From assembly GCF_009914755.1 (NCBI RefSeq), contig NC_060933.1: DNA of 64,000 bases, one strand, 5' to 3'. Positions 27,690-41,600 of the stretch are shown one piece after another; the stretch's first letter is position 1, and each line of letters opens with the position of its first letter. Source of the DNA: the human T2T-CHM13v2.0 reference genome, Homo sapiens. The position numbers and the translations under genes are program-made. A model generated the notes under the pieces. The model saw nothing but the letters and a program-made list of their open reading frames with translations, made no database searches and had not been told where the DNA came from.

Positions 27690-28815
27690 ATGGAATGGAA
27701 TGGAAGGGAATGGAATGCAGTGGAATGGAATCAATCCTAGTGCAATGGAATGGAATGCAATGGAATGGAATGGAATGGAATGGAATGGAATGGAATGGAT
27801 TCAACCCAAATGGAATGGAAAGCAATGGAATCAACCCGAGTGGAATGGCATGGAACGGAATGGAATGGAATGGTATGGAATAGAATGGAATGGAAAGAAA
27901 TGGAATGGAATGGAATGGAATGGAACGGAATGGAATGGAAAGGAATGGAATGGAATGGAATGGAATAGAATGGAATGGAACGAAATGTAATGGAATGGAA
28001 CAGAATGGAATGGAATCAATCAGAGTGGAATAGAAGGGAATGCATTCGAGTAGAATGGAAAGGAATGGAATCAACCAGAGTGGAATGGAAGGGAATGGAA
28101 TGGAATGGAAACTAATAAAATGGAATCAACACGAGTGGAATGGAATGGAAAGGACTTGAATGGAATGGAATGGAATGGAATGGAATCAACTCGATTGCAA
28201 TGGAATGTAATGGAATGCAATTGAATGGAATTAATGCGAATAGAATGGATTGGAATGGAATGGAACGGAATGCAATGGAATGGAATGGAATGGAATCAAA
28301 CTGAGTGCAGGGGAATGGAATGGAATGGAATGGAATAGAATGGAATGGAATGGAAGGGAATGGAATGGAATGGAATTAACCTGAACAGAATGGAATGGAA
28401 TGGAATGGAACGGAATGGAATGGAATGGAATGGAATGGAATCCACCCGAGTTCAGGGGAATGGAATGGAATGGAATGCAATGGAATGGAATCAATCAACC
28501 CGAGTGCAATAGAATGCAGTGGAATGGAATGGAATGGAATGGAAAGTACCCGAATGGAATGGAATGTAATGGAGTGTAAGGGAATTAAAAAGAATCAATA
28601 CGAATGTAATTGAATGGAATGGAACGGAATAGAATGGAATGGAATGGAATGGAATTGAATGAAATGGAAAGGCATGGAATGGAATGGAATCAACCCGAGT
28701 GCAATGGAATGGAATCGAATGGAATGGAAGGGAATGGAATGGATTGAACCCGAATGGAATGGAAAGGAATGGAATAAACCCGAGTGGAATGGCATGGAAT
28801 GGAATGGAATGGAAT
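27690..28815 (+). repeat. ~1.1 kb dispersed direct duplication, copy 1 (copy 2 at ~46,865-48,011)
   Basis: ORF offsets are a constant 19,196 (27,831/47,027; 28,231/47,427; 28,395/47,591). Shared private motifs: AATCCTAGTGC, AACTAATAAAATGG, AGGACTTGAA, TTAATGCGAA, CCACCCGAGTTCAGGGG. Confidence 0.9.
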
Positions 28816-29666
28816 GGAATGGTTTGGAATAGAATGGAAAAAAACGAAATGGAATGGAATGGAATGGAATGGAATGAACCCGTGTGCAATGGAATGGAAT
28901 GGAATGGAATGGAATGGAATGGGTTCAACTTGAAAGGAATGGAAAGGAATGGAATCAACCCGAGTGGAATGGCATGGAATGGAATGGAATGGAATGGTAT
29001 GGAATGGAATGGAATGGAATGGAATGGAATGGAATGGAATGGAATGGAATGAAATGGAATGGAATGGAATGGAATGGAATGAACCCAAGTGTAATGTAAT
29101 GGAATCGAATGGAATGGAATGGAATGGAAAGGATTCAACCCAAATGGAATGGAAAGGAATGGAATCAACCCGAGTGGAATGGCATGGAATGGACTGGAAT
29201 GGAATGGAATGGAATGGAATGGTACGGAATAGAATGGAATGGAACGAAATGGAATGGAATGGAATGGAATGGAATGGAATGGAATGGAATGGACCCGTGT
29301 GCAATGGAATGGAATCGAATGGAATGGAATGGAATGCAAAGGATACAACTCGAATGGAATGGAAAGGAATGAAATCAACCCGAGTGGAATGGCATGGACT
29401 GGAATGGAATGGAATGGCATGGAATGGAATGGAATTGAATGGTACGGAATAGAATCGAATGGAACGAAATGGAATGGAATGGAATGGAATGGAATGGAAT
29501 GGAAACAACCCGAGTGCATGGTAATGGAATGGAATGGAAGGCAATGGAATGGAATCATCCGGAATGGAATGGAATGGAATGGAATGGAATGGAATGGAAT
29601 GGAATCAACTCGATTGCAATGGAATGGAATGGAATGGAATGGAATGGAATGGAATTAACCCGTATA

Positions 29667-32600
29667 GAATCGAATGGAATGGAATGGAATGGAATGGAAT
29701 GGAATGGAAGGGAATGGAATGTAATGGAATGGAATGGAATTAACCCGAATAGAATGGAATGGAACGGAAAGGAAGGGAATGGAATGGAATATAATCAACT
29801 CCAGTGCAGGGGAATGCAATGGAATGGAATGAAATGGAATGGAGTCATACGGAATGGAAGGGAATGGAATGGAATAAACCAGAGTGCAATGGAATGGAGT
29901 GGAATGGAATGGAATAGAATGGAAACAACACGAATGGAATAGAATGTAATGGAGTGTAAGGGAATTGAATATAATCAATCCGAATGTAATGGAATGGTAC
30001 GGAAAGGAATGGAATGGAATGGAATGGAATGGAATGGAATGGAATGAAATGGAATGGCATGGAATGTAATGGAATCAACCCGAGTTCAATGGAATTGAAT
30101 GGAATGGAATGGAATGGAATGGAATGGAATCAACTCGATTGCAATGGAATGGAATGGAATGGGATGGAATGGAATGGAATGGAATGGAATGGAATTAACC
30201 CTAATAGAATGGAATGGAATGGAATGGAATGGAAAAGAATGGAATGGAAGGGAATGGAATGGAATAGAATGGAATGGAATTAACCCGAGTTCAATGGAAT
30301 TGAATGGAATGGAATGGAATGGAATGGAATGGAATGGAATGGAATCAACTCGATTGCAATGGAATGGAATGGAATGGGATGGAATGGAATGGAATGGAAT
30401 GGAATGGAATGGAATTAACCCTAATAGAATGGAATGGAATGGAATGGAATGGAATAGAATGGAATGGAAGGGAATGGAATGGAATGGAATGGAATGGAAT
30501 TAACCCGAATAGAATGGAATGGAATGGAATGGAATGGAATGGAATGGAATGGAATGGAATGGAATGCAATCAACTCGATTTCAATGGAATGGAATGGAAT
30601 GGAATGGAATGCAATGGAAGGGAATGGAATGGAATGGAATGAAATTAACCCGAATATAATGGAATGGAATGGAATGGAATGGAATGGAATGGAATGGAAT
30701 GGAATGGAATGGAATAGAATGGAATCCACCCGAGTGCAAGGGAATGGAATGGAATGGAATGCAATGGAATGGAATCATACGGAATGGAATGGAATGGAAT
30801 GGAATGCAATGGAATGGAATGGAATCACCCGATTGAAATGGAATGGAGTGGAATGGAATGGAATGGAATGGAAACAACCCGAAAGGAATGGAATGTAATG
30901 GAGAGTAAGGGAATTGAATAGAATCAATACGAATGTAATGGAATGGAATGGAACGGAATGGAATGCAATGGAATGGAATGGAATGCAATGGAATGGGATC
31001 AACCCGAGTGAAATGGAATGGAATCGAAAGGAATGGAATGGAATGGAATGGTTTCAACCCGAATGGAATGGAAAGGAGTGGAATCAACCCGAGTGGAATG
31101 CAATGGAATGGAATGGAATGGAATGGGTTCAACTCGAATGGAATGGAAAGGAATGGAATCAACCCGAGTGGAATGGCATGGAATGGAATGGAATGGAATG
31201 GAAGGGAATGAAATGGAATGGAATTAACCTGAAGAGAATGGAAGGGAATGGAATGGAACGGAACGGAATGGAATGGAATGGAATGGAATGGAATGGAATG
31301 CAATGGAATGGGATCAACCCGAGTACAGGGGAATGGAATGCAATGGAATGCAATGGAATGGAATCATCCCGAATGGAATGGAATGGAATGGAATGCAATG
31401 GAATGGAATCAATCAACCCGAGTGCAATTGAATGCAGTGGAATGGAATGGAATGGTATGGAAACTACCCGAATGGAATAGAATGTAATGGAGTGTAAGGG
31501 AATTAAAAAGAATCAATCCGAATGTAATGGAATTGAATGGAACGGAATGGAAAGGAATGGAATGGAATGGAATGGAATGGAATGGAATTAACCCGAATAG
31601 AATGGAAAGGAATGGAATGGAATGGAGTGGAATGGAATGGAATGGAATGGAATGGAATCAACCGGAGTGCAGGGGAATGGAATGGAATTGAAGGCAATGG
31701 AATGGAATCATCCGGAATTGAATGGAATGGAATGGAATCAACTCCATTGCAATGGAATGCAATGGAATGCAATGGAATGGAATGGAATGGAATGGAATGG
31801 AATGGAATGGAATGGAATTAACCCGAATAGAATGGAATTGAATGGAATGGAATGGAATGGAATTAAATGGAATGGAATGTAATGAACCCGAGGGCAGGGG
31901 AATGGAATGGAATGGAATGCAATGGAATGGAGTCATCCGGAATGGAACAGAAAGGAATGGAATGGAATCAACCCGTGTGCAATGGAATGGAAAGGAATGG
32001 AATGGAATAGAATGGAATGGAATGGAATGGAATGGATTCAACCCGAATGGAATGGAAAGGAAGGGAATCAACCCAAGTGGAACGGCATGGAATGGAATGG
32101 AATGGAATGGAATGGAATGGTACCGAATAGAATGGAATGGAACGAAATGGAATAGAATGGAATGGAATGGTATGGAAACAACCCGAATGGAATGGAATGA
32201 AATGGAGTGTAAGGGAATTGAATACAATCAATCCGAATGTAATGGAATGGAATGGAACGGAATGGAATGGAATGGAATGAAATGCAGTGGAATGGAATCA
32301 AACCTAGTGCAATGGAATGGAATGGAATGGAATGGAATGGAATGGAATGGAATGGAATGGAATGGATTCAACCCAAATGGAATGGAAAGCAATGGAATCA
32401 ACCCGAGTGGAATGGCATGGAATGGAATGGAACGGAATGGAATGGAATGGAATGGAATGGAATGGAATGGAATGGTACGGAATAGAATGGAATGGAACGA
32501 AATGGAATGGAATGGAATGGAATGGAACGGAAAGGAATGGAATGGATTCAACTCCAATGGAATGGAAAGGAATGGAATCAACCCGAGTGGAATAGCATGG

Positions 32601-35600
32601 ATTGGAATGGAAAGGAATGGAATGGAATGGTACGGAATAGAGTGGAATGGAACGAAATGGAATGGAATGGAATGGAATGGAATGGAATGGAATGGAATGG
32701 AATGGAATCAACCCGAGTGCAGGGGAATGGAGTGGAATGGAAGGCAATGGAATGGAATCATCCGGAATGGAATGGAATGGAATGGAATGGAATGGAATGG
32801 AATGGAATCAACCTGAGTGCAGGGGAATGGAATGCAATGGAATGCAATGGAATGGAATGGAATGGAATGCAATGGAAACAACTCGATTGCAATGGAATGG
32901 AATGGAATGGAATGGAATGGAATGGAATGGAATTAACCTGAACAGAATGGAATGGAATGGAATGGAATGGAACGGAATGGAATGGAATGGAATGGAATGG
33001 AATCAACCCGAGTGCAGGGGAATGGAATGGAATGGAATGCAATGGAATGGATTGATCCGGAATGGAATGGAATGGAATGGAATGCAATGGAATGGAATCA
33101 ATCAACCCGAGTGCAATGCAATGGAGTGGAATGGAATGGAATGGAACGGAAACTACCCGAATGGAATGGAATGTAATGGAGTGTAAGGGAATTGAAAAGA
33201 ATCAATCCGAATGTAATGGAATGGAATGGAACGGAATGAAATGGAATGGCATGGAATGGAATGGAATCAACCCGAGTTCAATGGAATGGAATTGAACGGA
33301 ATGGAATGGAAAGGAATGGATTCAACCCGAATGGAATGGAAAGGAATGGAATGGAATGGAAAGGAATGGTACGGAATAGAATAGAATGGAACGAAATGGA
33401 ATGGAATGGAATGGAATGGAATGGACCCGTGTGCAATGGAATGGAATCGAATGGAATGGAATGGAATGGAATGGAATGGAATGGAAGGGAATGGAATGTA
33501 ATGGAATGGAATGGAATTAACCCGAATAGAATGGAATGGAACGGAAAGGAAGGGAATGGAATGGAATGTAATCAACTCCAGTGCAGGGGAATGCAATGGA
33601 ATGGAATGAAATGGAATGGAGTCATACGGAATGGAAGGGAATGGAATGGAATAAACCAGAGTGCAATGGAATGGAGTGGAATGGAATGGAATAGAATGGA
33701 AACAACACGAATGGAATAGAATGTAATGGAGTGTAAGGGAATTGAATATAATCAATCCGAATGTAATGGAATGGTACGGAAAGGAATGGAATGGAATGGA
33801 ATGGAATGGAATGGAATGGAATGAAATGGAATGGCATGGAATGTAATGGAATCAACCCGAGTTCAATGGAATTGAATGGAATGGAATGGAATGGAATGGA
33901 ATGGAATCAACTCGATTGCAATGGAATGGAATGGAATGGGATGGAATGGAATGGAATGGAATGGAATGGAATTAACCCTAATAGAATGGAATGGAATGGA
34001 ATGGAATGGAAAAGAATGGAATGGAAGGGAATGGAATGGAATAGAATGGAATGGAATTAACCCGAGTTCAATGGAATTGAATGGAATGGAATGGAATGGA
34101 ATGGAATGGAATGGAATGGAATCAACTCGATTGCAATGGAATGGAATGGAATGGGATGGAATGGAATGGAATGGAATGGAATGGAATGGAATTAACCCTA
34201 ATAGAATGGAATGGAATGGAATGGAATGGAATAGAATGGAATGGAAGGGAATGGAATGGAATGGAATGGAATGGAATTAACCCGAATAGAATGGAATGGA
34301 ATGGAATGGAATGGAATGGAATGGAATGGAATGGAATGCAATCAACTCGATTTCAATGGAATGGAATGGAATGGAATGGAATGCAATGGAAGGGAATGGA
34401 ATGGAATGGAATGAAATTAACCCGAATATAATGGAATGGAATGGAATGGAATGGAATGGAATGGAATGGAATGGAATGGAATAGAATGGAATCCACCCGA
34501 GTGCAAGGGAATGGAATGGAATGGAATGCAATGGAATGGAATCATACGGAATGGAATGGAATGGAATGGAATGCAATGGAATGGAATGGAATCACCCGAT
34601 TGAAATGGAATGGAGTGGAATGGAATGGAATGGAATGGAAACAACCCGAAAGGAATGGAATGTAATGGAGAGTAAGGGAATTGAATAGAATCAATACGAA
34701 TGTAATGGAATGGAATGGAACGGAATGGAATGCAATGGAATGGAATGGAATGCAATGGAATGGGATCAACCCGAGTGAAATGGAATGGAATCGAAAGGAA
34801 TGGAATGGAATGGAATGGTTTCAACCCGAATGGAATGGAAAGGAGTGGAATCAACCCGAGTGGAATGCAATGGAATGGAATGGAATGGAATGGGTTCAAC
34901 TCGAATGGAATGGAAAGGAATGGAATCAACCCGAGTGGAATGGCATGGAATGGAATGGAATGGAATGGAAGGGAATGAAATGGAATGGAATTAACCTGAA
35001 GAGAATGGAAGGGAATGGAATGGAACGGAACGGAATGGAATGGAATGGAATGGAATGGAATGGAATGCAATGGAATGGGATCAACCCGAGTACAGGGGAA
35101 TGGAATGCAATGGAATGCAATGGAATGGAATCATCCCGAATGGAATGGAATGGAATGGAATGCAATGGAATGGAATCAATCAACCCGAGTGCAATTGAAT
35201 GCAGTGGAATGGAATGGAATGGTATGGAAACTACCCGAATGGAATAGAATGTAATGGAGTGTAAGGGAATTAAAAAGAATCAATCCGAATGTAATGGAAT
35301 TGAATGGAACGGAATGGAAAGGAATGGAATGGAATGGAATGGAATGGAATTAACCCGAATAGAATGGAAAGGAATGGAATGGAATGGAGTGGAATGGAAT
35401 GGAATGGAATGGAATGGAATCAACCGGAGTGCAGGGGAATGGAATGGAATTGAAGGCAATGGAATGGAATCATCCGGAATTGAATGGAATGGAATGGAAT
35501 CAACTCCATTGCAATGGAATGCAATGGAATGCAATGGAATGGAATGGAATGGAATGGAATGGAATGGAATGGAATGGAATGGAATTAACCCGAATAGAAT

Positions 35601-38600
35601 GGAATTGAATGGAATGGAATGGAATGGAATTAAATGGAATGGAATGTAATGAACCCGAGGGCAGGGGAATGGAATGGAATGGAATGCAATGGAATGGAGT
35701 CATCCGGAATGGAACAGAAAGGAATGGAATGGAATCAACCCGTGTGCAATGGAATGGAAAGGAATGGAATGGAATAGAATGGAATGGAATGGAATGGAAT
35801 GGATTCAACCCGAATGGAATGGAAAGGAAGGGAATCAACCCAAGTGGAACGGCATGGAATGGAATGGAATGGAATGGAATGGAATGGTACCGAATAGAAT
35901 GGAATGGAACGAAATGGAATAGAATGGAATGGAATGGTATGGAAACAACCCGAATGGAATGGAATGAAATGGAGTGTAAGGGAATTGAATACAATCAATC
36001 CGAATGTAATGGAATGGAATGGAACGGAATGGAATGGAATGGAATGAAATGCAGTGGAATGGAATCAAACCTAGTGCAATGGAATGGAATGGAATGGAAT
36101 GGAATGGAATGGAATGGAATGGAATGGATTCAACCCAAATGGAATGGAAAGCAATGGAATCAACCCGAGTGGAATGGCATGGAATGGAATGGAACGGAAT
36201 GGAATGGAATGGAATGGAATGGAATGGAATGGAATGGTACGGAATAGAATGGAATGGAACGAAATGGAATGGAATGGAATGGAATGGAACGGAAAGGAAT
36301 GGAATGGATTCAACTCCAATGGAATGGAAAGGAATGGAATCAACCCGAGTGGAATAGCATGGATTGGAATGGAAAGGAATGGAATGGAATGGTACGGAAT
36401 AGAGTGGAATGGAACGAAATGGAATGGAATGGAATGGAATGGAATGGAATGGAATGGAATGGAATGGAATCAACCCGAGTGCAGGGGAATGGAGTGGAAT
36501 GGAAGGCAATGGAATGGAATCATCCGGAATGGAATGGAATGGAATGGAATGGAATGGAATGGAATGGAATCAACCTGAGTGCAGGGGAATGGAATGCAAT
36601 GGAATGCAATGGAATGGAATGGAATGGAATGCAATGGAAACAACTCGATTGCAATGGAATGGAATGGAATGGAATGGAATGGAATGGAATGGAATTAACC
36701 TGAACAGAATGGAATGGAATGGAATGGAATGGAACGGAATGGAATGGAATGGAATGGAATGGAATCAACCCGAGTGCAGGGGAATGGAATGGAATGGAAT
36801 GCAATGGAATGGATTGATCCGGAATGGAATGGAATGGAATGGAATGCAATGGAATGGAATCAATCAACCCGAGTGCAATGCAATGGAGTGGAATGGAATG
36901 GAATGGAACGGAAACTACCCGAATGGAATGGAATGTAATGGAGTGTAAGGGAATTGAAAAGAATCAATCCGAATGTAATGGAATGGAATGGAACGGAATG
37001 AAATGGAATGGCATGGAATGGAATGGAATCAACCCGAGTTCAATGGAATGGAATTGAACGGAATGGAATGGAAAGGAATGGATTCAACCCGAATGGAATG
37101 GAAAGGAATGGAATGGAATGGAAAGGAATGGTACGGAATAGAATAGAATGGAACGAAATGGAATGGAATGGAATGGAATGGAATGGACCCGTGTGCAATG
37201 GAATGGAATCGAATGGAATGGAATGGAATGGAATGGAATGGAATGGAAGGGAATGGAATGTAATGGAATGGAATGGAATTAACCCGAATAGAATGGAATG
37301 GAACGGAAAGGAAGGGAATGGAATGGAATGTAATCAACTCCAGTGCAGGGGAATGCAATGGAATGGAATGAAATGGAATGGAGTCATACGGAATGGAAGG
37401 GAATGGAATGGAATAAACCAGAGTGCAATGGAATGGAGTGGAATGGAATGGAATAGAATGGAAACAACACGAATGGAATAGAATGTAATGGAGTGTAAGG
37501 GAATTGAATATAATCAATCCGAATGTAATGGAATGGTACGGAAAGGAATGGAATGGAATGGAATGGAATGGAATGGAATGGAATGAAATGGAATGGCATG
37601 GAATGTAATGGAATCAACCCGAGTTCAATGGAATTGAATGGAATGGAATGGAATGGAATGGAATGGAATCAACTCGATTGCAATGGAATGGAATGGAATG
37701 GGATGGAATGGAATGGAATGGAATGGAATGGAATTAACCCTAATAGAATGGAATGGAATGGAATGGAATGGAAAAGAATGGAATGGAAGGGAATGGAATG
37801 GAATAGAATGGAATGGAATTAACCCGAGTTCAATGGAATTGAATGGAATGGAATGGAATGGAATGGAATGGAATGGAATGGAATCAACTCGATTGCAATG
37901 GAATGGAATGGAATGGGATGGAATGGAATGGAATGGAATGGAATGGAATGGAATTAACCCTAATAGAATGGAATGGAATGGAATGGAATGGAATAGAATG
38001 GAATGGAAGGGAATGGAATGGAATGGAATGGAATGGAATTAACCCGAATAGAATGGAATGGAATGGAATGGAATGGAATGGAATGGAATGGAATGGAATG
38101 CAATCAACTCGATTTCAATGGAATGGAATGGAATGGAATGGAATGCAATGGAAGGGAATGGAATGGAATGGAATGAAATTAACCCGAATATAATGGAATG
38201 GAATGGAATGGAATGGAATGGAATGGAATGGAATGGAATGGAATAGAATGGAATCCACCCGAGTGCAAGGGAATGGAATGGAATGGAATGCAATGGAATG
38301 GAATCATACGGAATGGAATGGAATGGAATGGAATGCAATGGAATGGAATGGAATCACCCGATTGAAATGGAATGGAGTGGAATGGAATGGAATGGAATGG
38401 AAACAACCCGAAAGGAATGGAATGTAATGGAGAGTAAGGGAATTGAATAGAATCAATACGAATGTAATGGAATGGAATGGAACGGAATGGAATGCAATGG
38501 AATGGAATGGAATGCAATGGAATGGGATCAACCCGAGTGAAATGGAATGGAATCGAAAGGAATGGAATGGAATGGAATGGTTTCAACCCGAATGGAATGG

Positions 38601-41600
38601 AAAGGAGTGGAATCAACCCGAGTGGAATGCAATGGAATGGAATGGAATGGAATGGGTTCAACTCGAATGGAATGGAAAGGAATGGAATCAACCCGAGTGG
38701 AATGGCATGGAATGGAATGGAATGGAATGGAAGGGAATGAAATGGAATGGAATTAACCTGAAGAGAATGGAAGGGAATGGAATGGAACGGAACGGAATGG
38801 AATGGAATGGAATGGAATGGAATGGAATGCAATGGAATGGGATCAACCCGAGTACAGGGGAATGGAATGCAATGGAATGCAATGGAATGGAATCATCCCG
38901 AATGGAATGGAATGGAATGGAATGCAATGGAATGGAATCAATCAACCCGAGTGCAATTGAATGCAGTGGAATGGAATGGAATGGTATGGAAACTACCCGA
39001 ATGGAATAGAATGTAATGGAGTGTAAGGGAATTAAAAAGAATCAATCCGAATGTAATGGAATTGAATGGAACGGAATGGAAAGGAATGGAATGGAATGGA
39101 ATGGAATGGAATTAACCCGAATAGAATGGAAAGGAATGGAATGGAATGGAGTGGAATGGAATGGAATGGAATGGAATGGAATCAACCGGAGTGCAGGGGA
39201 ATGGAATGGAATTGAAGGCAATGGAATGGAATCATCCGGAATTGAATGGAATGGAATGGAATCAACTCCATTGCAATGGAATGCAATGGAATGCAATGGA
39301 ATGGAATGGAATGGAATGGAATGGAATGGAATGGAATGGAATGGAATTAACCCGAATAGAATGGAATTGAATGGAATGGAATGGAATGGAATTAAATGGA
39401 ATGGAATGTAATGAACCCGAGGGCAGGGGAATGGAATGGAATGGAATGCAATGGAATGGAGTCATCCGGAATGGAACAGAAAGGAATGGAATGGAATCAA
39501 CCCGTGTGCAATGGAATGGAAAGGAATGGAATGGAATAGAATGGAATGGAATGGAATGGAATGGATTCAACCCGAATGGAATGGAAAGGAAGGGAATCAA
39601 CCCAAGTGGAACGGCATGGAATGGAATGGAATGGAATGGAATGGAATGGTACCGAATAGAATGGAATGGAACGAAATGGAATAGAATGGAATGGAATGGT
39701 ATGGAAACAACCCGAATGGAATGGAATGAAATGGAGTGTAAGGGAATTGAATACAATCAATCCGAATGTAATGGAATGGAATGGAACGGAATGGAATGGA
39801 ATGGAATGAAATGCAGTGGAATGGAATCAAACCTAGTGCAATGGAATGGAATGGAATGGAATGGAATGGAATGGAATGGAATGGAATGGATTCAACCCAA
39901 ATGGAATGGAAAGCAATGGAATCAACCCGAGTGGAATGGCATGGAATGGAATGGAACGGAATGGAATGGAATGGAATGGAATGGAATGGAATGGAATGGT
40001 ACGGAATAGAATGGAATGGAACGAAATGGAATGGAATGGAATGGAATGGAACGGAAAGGAATGGAATGGATTCAACTCCAATGGAATGGAAAGGAATGGA
40101 ATCAACCCGAGTGGAATAGCATGGATTGGAATGGAAAGGAATGGAATGGAATGGTACGGAATAGAGTGGAATGGAACGAAATGGAATGGAATGGAATGGA
40201 ATGGAATGGAATGGAATGGAATGGAATCAACCCGAGTGCAGGGGAATGGAGTGGAATGGAAGGCAATGGAATGGAATCATCCGGAATGGAATGGAATGGA
40301 ATGGAATGGAATGGAATGGAATGGAATCAACCTGAGTGCAGGGGAATGGAATGCAATGGAATGCAATGGAATGGAATGGAATGGAATGCAATGGAAACAA
40401 CTCGATTGCAATGGAATGGAATGGAATGGAATGGAATGGAATGGAATGGAATTAACCTGAACAGAATGGAATGGAATGGAATGGAATGGAACGGAATGGA
40501 ATGGAATGGAATGGAATGGAATCAACCCGAGTGCAGGGGAATGGAATGGAATGGAATGCAATGGAATGGATTGATCCGGAATGGAATGGAATGGAATGGA
40601 ATGCAATGGAATGGAATCAATCAACCCGAGTGCAATGCAATGGAGTGGAATGGAATGGAATGGAACGGAAACTACCCGAATGGAATGGAATGTAATGGAG
40701 TGTAAGGGAATTGAAAAGAATCAATCCGAATGTAATGGAATGGAATGGAACGGAATGAAATGGAATGGCATGGAATGGAATGGAATCAACCCGAGTTCAA
40801 TGGAATGGAATTGAACGGAATGGAATGGAAAGGAATGGATTCAACCCGAATGGAATGGAAAGGAATGGAATGGAATGGAAAGGAATGGTACGGAATAGAA
40901 TAGAATGGAACGAAATGGAATGGAATGGAATGGAATGGAATGGACCCGTGTGCAATGGAATGGAATCGAATGGAATGGAATGGAATGGAATGGAATGGAA
41001 TGGAAGGGAATGGAATGTAATGGAATGGAATGGAATTAACCCGAATAGAATGGAATGTAACGGAAAGGAAGGGAATGGAATGGAATGTAATCAACTCCAG
41101 TGCAGGGGAATGCAATGGAATGGAATGAAATGGAATGGAGTCATACGGAATGGAAGGGAATGGAATGGAATAAACCAGAGTGCAATGGAATGGAGTGGAA
41201 TGGAATGGAATAGAATGGAAACAACACGAATGGAATAGAATGTAATGGAGTGTAAGGGAATTGAATATAATCAATCCGAATGTAATGGAATGGTACGGAA
41301 AGGAATGGAATGGAATGGAATGGAATGGAATGGAATGGAATGAAATGGAATGGCATGGAATGTAATGGAATCAACCCGAGTTCAATGGAATTGAATGGAA
41401 TGGAATGGAATGGAATGGAATGGAATCAACTCGATTGCAATGGAATGGAATGGAATGGGATGGAATGGAATGGAATGGAATGGAATGGAATTAACCCTAA
41501 TAGAATGGAATGGAATGGAATGGAATGGAAAAGAATGGAATGGAAGGGAATGGAATGGAATAGAATGGAATGGAATTAACCCGAGTTCAATGGAATTGAA

